This document shows, in pieces, positions 54,791 to 64,000 of a stretch of DNA of 64,000 bases (the stretch's first letter is position 1; each line of letters begins with the position of its first letter). Position numbers and translations under genes: made by a program. The stretch is taken from positions 19,282,001 through 19,346,000 of the forward strand of contig OZ024744.1 of NCBI GenBank assembly GCA_964016885.1. Direction: 5' to 3'. Under the pieces are notes generated by a model, which saw nothing but the letters and a program-made list of their open reading frames with translations, was not told where the DNA came from and did not search any database. The DNA is from Eledone cirrhosa. Lineage: Eukaryota.

Positions 54791-57225
54791 GTCACTGTGT
54801 ATGTCAATGTGTGTTTCTCTATGTCTGTGTCACTGTGTATATCACTGTGTGTTCTGTATGTCTGTGTCACTGTGTATGTCACAGTATCTTTGTGTATGTA
54901 TGTGTCACTGTGTATTTCACTGTGTGTTTCTGTATGTCTGTGTCACTGTTTATGTCACTGTATGTTTCTGTATGGCTGTGTCACTGTGTATGTCACTGTC
55001 TGTTTATGTATGTCTGTGTCACGGTGTATGTCACTGTGTGTTTCTGTATGTCTGTGTCACTGTGTATGTCACTGTGTGTTTCTGTATGTCTGCGTCACTG
55101 TGTATGTAACTGTATGTTTGTGTATGCCTGTGTCACTGTGTATGTCAATGTATGTATATGTATGCCTGTGTCACTGTGTATGTCAATGTATGTATCTGTA
55201 TGTATGTGTCTCTGTGTATGTCACTGTATCTTTGTGTGTGTCTGTGTCACTGTGTATGTCACTGTATCTTTGTGCGTGTCTGTGTCACTGTGTATGTCAC
55301 TGTATCTTTGTGTGTGTCTGTGTCACTGTGTATGTCACTGTATGTTTGTGCATGTCTGTGTCACTGTGTATGTCACTGTATGTTTCTGTATGTCTGTGTC
55401 ACTGTGTATGTCAATGTGTGTTTCTGTATCTCTGTGTCACGGTGTATGTCACTGTATGTGTGTGTATGTCTGTGTCACTGTGTATATCACTGTGTGTTCT
55501 GTATGTCTGTGTCACTGTGTATATCACTGTATCTTTGTGTATGTATGTGTCACTGTGTATTTCACTGTGTGTTTCTGTATGTCTGTGTCACTGTTTATGT
55601 CACTGTATGTTTCTGTATGGCTGTGTCACTGTGTATGTCACTGTGTGTTTATGTATGTCTGTGTCACGGTGTATGTTACTGTATCTTTGTGTATGTATGT
55701 GTCACTGTGTATTTCACTGTGTGTTTCTGTATGTCTGTGTCACTGTTTATGTCACTGTATGTTTATGTATGGCTGTGTCACTGTGTATGTCACTGTGTGT
55801 TTATGTATGTCTGTGTCACGGTGTATGTTACTGTATGTTTCTGTATGTCTGTGCCACTGGGTATGTCAATGTGTGTTTCTGTATGTCTGTGTCACTGTGT
55901 ATATCACTGTCTGTTTGTGTATGCCTTTGTCACTGTGTATGTCACTGTATGTTTGTGTATGTCTGTGTCACTGTGTATGTCACTGTGTATTTCTGTATGT
56001 ATGTGTCACTGTGTATGTCACTGTATGTTTGTATATGCCTGTGTCACTGTGTATGTCACTGTGTGTTTCTGTATGTCTGTGTCACAGTGTATGTCATTGT
56101 ATGTTGCTGTATGTCTGTGTCACTGTGTATGTCACTGTATGTTTCTGTATGTATGTGTTACTGTGTATGTCACTGTGAGTTTCTGTATGTCTGTGTCACT
56201 GATGTATGTCATTGTATGTTGCTGTATGTCTGTGTCACTGTGTATGTCACTGTATGTTTGTATATGCCTGTGTCACTGTGTATGTCACTGTGTGTTTCTG
56301 TATGTCTGTGTCACAGTGTATGTCATTGTATGTTGCTGTATGTATGTGCCACTGTGTATGTCACTGTATGTTTCTGTATGTCTGTGTCACTGTGTATGTC
56401 ACTGTATGTTTGTGTATGTCTGTGTCACTGTGTATGTCACTGTATGTTTCTGTATGTATGTGTTACTGTGTATGTCACTGTGAGTTTCTGTATGTCTGTG
56501 TCACTGATGTATGTCATTGTATGTTGCTGTATGTCTGTGTCACTGTGTATGTCACTGTATGTTTGTATATGTCTGTGTCACTGTGTATGTCACTGTGTGT
56601 TTCTGTATGTCTGTGTCACTGTGTATGTCATTGTGTGTTGCTGTATGTCTGTGTCACTGTGTATGTCACTGTATGTTTGTATATGTCTGTGTCACTGTGT
56701 ATGTCACTGTATATTTCTGTATGTCTGTGTCACTATGTATGTCACTGTATGTTTGTGTATGTCTGTGTCACTGTGTATGTCACTGTATGTTTATGTATGT
56801 ATGTGTCACTGTGTATGTCACTGTGAGTTTCTGTATGTCTGTGTCTCTGTGTATGTCATTGTATGTTGCTGTATGTCTGTGCCACTGTGTATGTCACTGT
56901 ATGTTTGTGTATGTCTGTGTCTCTGTGTATGTCACTGTGAGTTTCTGTATGGCTGTGTCACCGTGTATGTAACTGTGTGTTTGTGTATGTCTGTGTCACT
57001 GTGTATGTCACTGTATGTTTGTGTATGTCTGTGTCACTGTGTATGTCACTGTATGTCTGTGTATGTCTGTGTCACTGTGTATGTCACTGTGAGTTTATGT
57101 ATGTCTGTGTCACTGTGTATGTAACTGTGTGTTTGTGTATGTCTGTGTCACTGTGTATTTACCTGTGTGTTTGTGCATGTCTGTGTCACTGTGTATGTCA
57201 CTGTATGTTTGCGTATGTCTGTGTA

Positions 57226-58870
57226 TCTCTGTGCATGTCTGTACATATAGTGAATTTCTGTGTGTGTCTGTCTATATAGTGTATGCCTGAGTGTGTCTCT
57301 GTGTGTCTGTATATATAGTTTGTGTCTGTGCATGTCTGTGTATGTCTGTGTGTGTCTTTATATATAGTGTATGTCTGTGCATGTCTGTGTTTGTCTCTAT
57401 ATATAGTGTATGTATTTATATGTCTGTATATATAGTGTTTGTCTGTATATATACTGTATGTCTGTGTATATACTGTATGTCTGTGTATGTCCGTATATAT
57501 AGTGTATGCCTGAGTGTGTCTGTATATATAGGGTGTGTCTGTGTGTGTCTGTATATATAGTTCGTGTCTGTATATATAGTGTATGTCTGCGTGTATGTCT
57601 GTATATATAGTGTGTGTCTGTGTGTCTCTGTATATAGTGTATGTCTGTGAGTGTCTGTATATATAGTGTCTGTCTGTGTACGTCTGTATATATAATGTAT
57701 GGCTGTGTATGTCTGTATATATAGCGTGTCTGTGTATGTCTGTGCATGTCTCTATATATAGTATATGTCTGTGTATGTCTCTATATATAGTGTATGTCTG
57801 TGTGTGTCTGTATATATAGTGTATGTCTGTGTATGTCTGTGTATGTCTCTATATATAATGTATGTCTGTGTGTGTCTGTATATATATAGTTTATGTCTGG
57901 GTATGTCTGTATATATAGTGTCTGTCTGTGTGTGTGTCTGTGTGTGTATGTGTATATATATTGTATGTCTGTGTATGTCTGTATATATAGTGTATGTCTG
58001 TGTGTGTCTGTATATATAATGTATGTCTGTGTACGTCTGTATATATAATGTATGGCTGTGTATGTCTGTATATTTAGCGTGTCTGTGTATGTCTGTGAGT
58101 GTCTGTATATATAGTGTATGTCTGTGTATGTCTGTGTATGTCTGTATATATAGTGTATGTCTGTGAGTGTCTGTATATATATAGTGTATGTCTGGGTATG
58201 TCTGTATATATAGTGTATGTCTGTGTGTGTCTGTATATATAGTGTATGTATGTCTCTATATATAGTGTCTGTCTGTGTGTGTGTGTGTCTGTGTATGTCT
58301 GTGTATGTCTCTATATATAATGTATGGCTGTGTATGTCTGTATATATAGTGTATGTCTGTGTATGTCTGTATATATAGTGTATGACTGTGTGTGTGTCTG
58401 TGTGTGTCTGTGTATGTCTGTATATATAGTGTATGACTGTGTGTGTGTATGTGTGTGTCTGTATATGTCTGTGTATGTCTGTATATATAGTGTGTGTATG
58501 TGTATGTTTGTATATATAATGTATGTCTGTGTGTTTTTGTATATATAGTGTATGTCTGTATATATAGTGTGTGTCTGTGTATGTCTGTGTATGTCTGTAT
58601 ATATAGTGTATGTCTGTGTATGTGTGTATATATAGTTTATGTCTGTGTATATAGTGTATGTATGTGTATGTCTGTATATATAGTGTATGTCTGTGTATAT
58701 CTGTATATATAGTCTATGACTGTGTGTGACTGTATATATAGTGTATGTCTGTATATACAGTGTGTGTCTGTGTATGTCTGTGTATGTCTCTATATATAGT
58801 GTATGTCTGTGTATGTCTGGGTATGTCTGTATATATAGTGTATGTCTGTGTATATAGTGTATGTCTGTAT
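57226..58870 (+). repeat. Degenerate satellite of GTCTGTATATATAGTGTAT (19 bp) interspersed with variable numbers of GTCTGTGTRT (10 bp)
   Basis: TATATATAG(T) recurs about every 19-40 bp. It shares the GTATGTCTGT core with the 38-mer but lacks GTCAC. Confidence 0.88.
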
Positions 58871-58874
58871 ATGT

Positions 58875-59040
58875 ACGTGTGTCCGTATGTGTCTGTGTGT
58901 GTCGACGTGAGCCTCTGTGTCTGTGGGTCTCCGTATGTGTCTGTGTGTGTCTGTGTGTGTCGACGTGAGCCTGTATGTATGTGTCCGTATGTGTCTGTGT
59001 GTCCGTATGTGTCTGTGTCTGTCGACGTGAGCCTGTGTGT
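58875..59040 (+). repeat. Three copies of a ~60-bp TG-rich unit ending in GTCGACGTGAGCC
   Basis: GTCGACGTGAGCC at 58901, 58959 and 59021, each preceded by CCGTATGTGTCTGTGT. Confidence 0.85.
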
Positions 59041-59204
59041 AGTTGTAACGGTGATTAATTTGCCACGAGTCATATACATGCTTTTAGATATGTATGTATT
59101 TTGCATGCATAAAACATAACGGAATACATATAGTTATTATGTATCACGATCACGTGCATGATTCGCATGTATATATCACTCTGTTTCTGACTGTTGCGTG
59201 TATC

Positions 59205-59324
59205 CGTGTGTGTATATATACATATATACATATATATATATATATGTGTGAACATATATATGAACATAGATACTTATAGATATCCATATATATATATATA
59301 TATATGCAAATATATATATATATA

Positions 59325-59363
<39 letters not shown>

Positions 59364-59378
59364 GCTTATACACACACC

Positions 59379-59433
<55 letters not shown>
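59205..59433. repeat. Compound (TA)n/(CA)n microsatellite
   Basis: Interrupted TA and CA dinucleotide runs are directly visible. Confidence 0.93.
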
Positions 59434-59435
<2 letters not shown>

Positions 59436-59533
59436 TCAGTAAGATTACACATCAGTATGCCTGTGTACATTGTATGTGTTCGTGAATTATGAATTTTTAC
59501 ACCTGTGCGATTGTCCAGAGAAGAATATAATTC

Positions 59534-59557
59534 TGCGTGAATATGTCCGTCTGCTTC

Positions 59558-59613
<56 letters not shown>

Positions 59614-59715
59614 TACACACACACACAAATATATATATATATTTGTGTGTGTGTGTATATATTTGTGTGTGTGTGTATATATATATACATGTATGTATAT
59701 ATATATATATGTGTA

Positions 59716-59750
<35 letters not shown>

Positions 59751-59863
59751 TTGTACATACACACACACAAATATATATATATTTGTGTGTGTGTGTATAT
59801 ATATATACATGTATTTATATATATATATATATATACATAGAAGTAGACGGACATATTCACGCA
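59534..59863. repeat. 28-bp inverted repeat enclosing TA/CA/TG microsatellites (fold-back or MITE-like)
   Basis: TGCGTGAATATGTCCGTCTGCTTCTATG (59534-59561) is the reverse complement of CATAGAAGTAGACGGACATATTCACGCA (59836-59863) at 27/28 positions. Confidence 0.88.
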
Positions 59864-59970
59864 TATATATATATATATATATTTGTGTATGTGAAATAGT
59901 TACTGCTTATGTGTAAAATGTATGTGAATATATAAATATATCAGTGTGCATAAGTAAGAAGATGTACGCT

Positions 59971-60129
59971 ATCACGTGATTAATTTCGCCACAATACAAT
60001 TCAATATGACTGCCCCTTTCGTATGAACGACAGTACGTCGTACGGCCGCTCACGTGACATGAGTGCATTAGGTCTCGCAAGTGGCGATCTCCGTTGGCCC
60101 CCTGGGGAAATTCAGATCCTCCTATAAAA
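59971..60129 (+). promoter_or_regulatory. Candidate cis-regulatory cluster (two E-boxes, COE/EBF-like site, TATA box)
   Basis: ATCACGTGAT 59971-59980, TCACGTGAC 60050-60058, CCCCTGGGGA 60099-60108 and TATAAAA 60123-60129 in a locally CpG-rich patch. Motif matches only. Confidence 0.25.
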
Positions 60130-60227
60130 ATGAGATGGTAAAAGAACAAAGATAACTGTATGTAAATTAATTCGGGAAACAATATTCTGCTAGCGTGACG
60201 CTAATCTGTTTTTCAAGAACTTTTCAG

Positions 60228-60266
60228 TGGTCAGAGGACAACTTTCAGCTTACATGCATGCATACT
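60228..60266 (+). other. Candidate 39-nt exon
   Basis: CTAAT branch-like motif at 60201, TTTTCAG acceptor ending 60227 and GTAAGT donor at 60267-60272. Length is divisible by 3 and all three frames are open. Confidence 0.25.
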
Positions 60267-60440
60267 GTAAGTGTTTGTATATGCATATATATATATATAT
60301 ATGTATGTATGTATGTATGTGCGTGCGCGCGTGTGTGTATGTAGCAAATAAATACATATGCATGTATTTATATGAAGGTACGAACACATACACACCCATA
60401 TATGCATACATACCTTCATTTTTTATCCATACTCATGTCC

Positions 60441-60604
<164 letters not shown>

Positions 60605-60884
60605 GGGGTGTTGCTGTGTGTGTCTGTTTGAAGGAGGATGTGTGTATATGCGTGTTTGTGTATCTGTCTCCATGTGATGGAATGTTCATCGACTGGTGAC
60701 GGGTTAAGCCTGCAGCCTATAAATATCGTCACAAAAGAATTCTTTGCAAATGTTATCTTGCCTTTACGATGTACAACGTTGATAACCTAACGATTTGATG
60801 TGTCTTGCCGATCGATTATCAGTAACGATCATTGAACACAGATGGACACATAAGGTTTTATGGCTAGCTAATATACCTTTGTGA

Positions 60885-61044
60885 AGCGGTAAATTGGCAG
60901 AGACGCTACAACGTTAGATATAATACACTGCAGTATTTGTTCCAGCATTCTGCCTTCTGAGTTCAAATCCCACACGAGATCAACTTAACGTTTCATCCTT
61001 TCGAGTTCAATAAAGAAACTTCCAGTCAAGAACTGAGATCAATT
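60885..61044 (+). mobile_element. Degenerate tRNA-derived SINE, 3'-truncated
   Basis: A-box-like TGGCAGAGACG (~60895) and B-box GAGTTCAAATCC (60959-60970). These are followed by TTTCATCCTTTCGAGTTCAATAAA...CCAGTCAAGAACTGAGATCAAT, which resembles from memory the central domain of abundant octopus / Meta-type SINEs (TTTCATCCTTTCGGGGTCGATAAA). Confidence 0.7.
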
Positions 61045-61199
61045 CTTCCTTTATATCTCTCTATCACGTCCTCTTTCTTCCTTTTCTTTCCTTCTCTGCA
61101 AAAAATCAGATATGTTATTATCTGGAGAAGAGATGTTCGTCACCATGGTTAAAATGCCACTCCGGTGCCTCGGGGGCTTCATCAGCAGCTCCGGGCCCA

Positions 61200-61290
61200 T
61201 ACATACACAGACACAGACACACACACACACATACAAACACGCACGCACACACACACCCACACACACACATACACACACACACATATATAT
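61200..61290. repeat. Interrupted (CA)n microsatellite
   Basis: Directly visible CA runs. Confidence 0.93.
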
Positions 61291-61510
61291 GAAGTTAAGC
61301 GAAGTTAGTTGTTGATATTAAACAGTACATAATAGTTAATGTCGGTTAGATATAACATTTACTTCACTTCAGTTAGAAAAGGAATATGATTACTACTAAT
61401 CATAAAAGTACAATGTTGTATGTAAACATTCGTAAATGAATACCGTGTTGTTGAAGTTTTGTTGAAGATACTTTGTTTTATGTGTTATACTGAAATAGAA
61501 GGTACCAGGT

Positions 61511-62196
61511 GTCCGTCGGTAGTCGAGTCCCTAGTAGAGGAGACTTTTGATGTCATCTCCCTAGGACCACCTCCCTACTATCGTCTGTCATTAGTATCAG
61601 TCCCTAGTATTTGAGACTTCCTTGTGTCCTTGGTCCTAGGACCACCTCCCTACTATTGTCTGTCATTAGTATCAGTCCCTAGTAGTGGAGACTTCCTTGT
61701 GTCCTTCGTCCTAGGACCACCTCCCTACTATTGTCTGTCATTAGTATCAGCCTCTAGTAGTTGAGACTTCCTTGTGTCCTTGGTCCTAGGACCACCTCCC
61801 TACTATTGTCTGTCATTAGTATCAGTCCCTAGTAGTGGAGACTTCCTTGTGTCCTTGGTCCTAGGACCACCTCCCTACTATCGTCTGTCATTATTATCAG
61901 CCCCTGGTAGTGGAGACTTCCTTGTGTCCTTGGTCCTAGGACCACCTCCCTATTATAGTCTGTCATTAGTATCAGCCCCTAGTAGTGGAGACTTCTGATG
62001 TCCTTGGCCCTAAGACCACCTCCCTACTATCGTCTGTTAGTAGTATCAGCCCCTAGTAGTGGAGACTTCTGGTGACCTTGTCCCTAGGACTACCTCCCTA
62101 CTATCGTCAGTTAGTAGTATCAGCCCCTAGTAGTGGAGACTTCTGATGTCCTTGGCCCTAAGACCACCTCCCTACTATCGTCCGTCATTAGTATCA
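61511..62196. repeat. 75/74-bp minisatellite, ~9 copies
   Basis: The TA(G/A)GAC(C/T)ACCTCCCTA anchor is at 61562, 61637, 61712, 61787, 61862, 61937 (75-bp steps), then 62011, 62085, 62159 (74-bp steps). Confidence 0.96.
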
Positions 62197-62398
62197 CGAC
62201 AGAAGTTAAAAGCCAAGTGACCAGGGAAGGTATCGTCTCTTTTGTAACAGAAAATTCTCTCTCTGCCCTCGTTCCTTGACAGCCTATTTATCGAACGCTA
62301 GTTATTTTTTTATCAAAGGTCGATGACCTCCTGCTGCGTTCTCTTTCATAGGAATGACCATATCAGTGAGAGGATACGTTGGAACATTTCTATCGCTG

Positions 62399-62549
<151 letters not shown>

Positions 62550-62793
62550 AATTCGTTTTCAAGTATCAAAACTGGAAAGATGTAATCTTTTCTTAACGGA
62601 GCGTATGAAATGATGACCTCCTATTTTGACTTACTAAATGCAAGAACAAGGTAATTCCATCTTCTCAACATAACACCCTTTACTCCTTTTAGTATAGAAT
62701 TAAGGAATCTGATTAGGGTAGAATATCAACATTAGAGATCAACTTTAAATAATATTGAGTCGATACTTCTCCAGCTACTTTTATGCAGAGTTT

Positions 62794-62796
62794 ATA

Positions 62797-62852
<56 letters not shown>

Positions 62853-62855
62853 TAT
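62794..62855. repeat. (TA)n microsatellite with palindromic ATGCA/TGCAT flanks
   Basis: ATATGCA(TA)nTGCATAT. Confidence 0.92.
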
Positions 62856-62910
62856 TACGTATAAATAAATGTAAGTATGTATCCGTAGACGAACACTATA
62901 CGACTAATAA

Positions 62911-62938
62911 TCGGGCTGTTTGTTTACAAACAGCCCGA
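62911..62938. other. Perfect 13-bp inverted repeat (hairpin or cruciform)
   Basis: TCGGGCTGTTTGT-TT-ACAAACAGCCCGA. Confidence 0.88.
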
Positions 62939-63118
62939 CCATTATAATAAATGTTCGGTAAACCCATACGTACATATATATATATATATATGTATGCATG
63001 TATGTATGTATATACATACTACTGTACGTCTGTATACATATATGTATGTACATATACATACTTATATTTCAGTATCAGCCGTACTAAGAGTGAGAAATGA
63101 AATTTCCTTTTTTCCTTT

Positions 63119-63281
<163 letters not shown>

Positions 63282-63426
63282 GTACTTTTAATTAATTAGT
63301 TCGGGTAGTAGTATTTAATAGACATGTATGGTAGTAAACACACATGCACATATGCAAGTGTGAGTATGTACACACATATATTCTGGATTATATATATATA
63401 TGTGTGTGTGCATGTGTGTGAATGTG

Positions 63427-64000
63427 ATATTATTCATCTTGTCATTAAATCCCTTGTCCTTTCTGCTCAAGAAATGTGAGGGATACATCATTGGCTCACA
63501 AGAGGACAGAAATACGAACCTAATCCATAATTTCTTTGTGGACGATCTGAAACTCTATGCCAAGAACATGGATGGTATGAAGAAAAATCTTGACCTCGTT
63601 ACAACGTTCTCATAGGATATAGGAATGGAGTTTGACCAAGATAAATGCTCACACGTGACTGTAAAACGGGGAAAAAAAACAACCCAATCTAGCAACATTG
63701 TCATCAATGGCCTAACTGTTTCACGGATATCTGATGAGGACTGCTACAGATACCTGGGGATAGATGAGAACATATCCTGTAATGGTATCTGTAATAAGGA
63801 ACGCGCAACCAGGGACTACTACACCCGATTAAGAAAGATTTGGTCATCGGAACTCTCTGCGCAAAACAAAACAGTGGCTCACAATGTGTTTGCTGTGCCT
63901 GTCCTAACACCAACGTTTGGAATACTCAATTGGACGATAGACTAAATCCGAGCAGTTGATGTTGGAACTCGAAAAATACTGAAAAACACCGGAAACTTCC
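63427..64000 (+). mobile_element. 5'-truncated, inactivated non-LTR retrotransposon reverse transcriptase fragment, R4/Dong-like
   Basis: One frame reads LFILSLNPLS...HNFFVDDLKLYAK...TTFS*DIGMEFDQDKC...YRYLGI...RLRKIWSSELSAQNKTVAHNVFAVPVLTPTFGILNWTID*IRAVDVGTRKIL. It contains the RT catalytic xxDD, KC and YLG motifs plus a thumb region typical of the R4 clade. In-frame stops at 63613-63615 and 63943-63945; it runs off the window. Confidence 0.88.

Larger units (their letters stand above)
1..57225 (+). repeat. 38-bp TG-rich satellite array (12+12+14 sub-structure), ~1,500 monomers, open at the window's left edge
   Basis: GTCACTGTGTATGTCACTGT(A/G)T(G/C)TTT(C/G)TGTATGTCTGT recurs head-to-tail throughout, always in one orientation. 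The last GTCACTG is at ~57,197. Confidence 0.98.

Noticed and set aside
1-57225. CRISPR-like array (conserved part plus variable middle)
   Set aside because: The variable part is only a few substitutions in a fixed-length monomer. There are no unique spacers or cas genes, and the context is eukaryotic.
1-57225. Telomeric repeat
   Set aside because: TG-rich strand bias, but no G-runs or TTAGGG-type unit, and the monomers are heterogeneous.
10-57279. Long Cys/His/Val-rich ORFs as metallothionein-like, keratin-associated or membrane proteins
   Set aside because: All three frames are open with the same rotated peptide, the period is not a multiple of 3, indels shift frames freely, and there is no unique N- or C-terminus.
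60885-60975. tRNA gene
   Set aside because: It has a B-box but no cloverleaf, and it continues into a SINE-like body.
61511-62196. 75-bp repeat as a coding 25-aa repeat (LGPPPYY...) or a CRISPR array
   Set aside because: TGA stops occur in several units, the 74-bp units frameshift, the - strand frames are closed, and there are no unique spacers.
63704-63913. Minus-strand 69-aa ORF
   Set aside because: Antisense shadow of the RT fragment with no recognisable motif.

Overview
Eukaryotic, repeat-dominated window with no intact protein-coding gene. Bases 1 to ~57,225 are one uninterrupted, strongly strand-biased (T/G-rich) tandem array of a 38-bp monomer (consensus GTCACTGTGTAT-GTCACTGTRTST-TTSTGTATGTCTGT, about 1,500 copies). 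It is organised into nested higher-order duplications: ~1.8-kb modules, a near-identical 17.2-kb tandem pair, a ~5-kb pair and a ~4.3-kb unit present about 2.3 times. The long Cys/Val/Met/Tyr ORFs are artefacts of this stop-free repeat. The array decays through two related TG-rich repeats (57.2-59.0 kb) into microsatellite-rich DNA. That flank holds a 28-bp inverted repeat around TA/CA tracts, a candidate promoter-like motif cluster with a possible 39-nt exon, a degenerate tRNA-derived SINE, a 75/74-bp minisatellite, a 13-bp hairpin and a 5'-truncated, stop-disrupted R4/Dong-like non-LTR reverse transcriptase. The SINE, LINE and microsatellite load suggest a cephalopod (octopus-like) genome; this is inference from recall, not a search. 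I see no well-supported new biological system. The best leads are the satellite's higher-order architecture and its RSS-like motifs.
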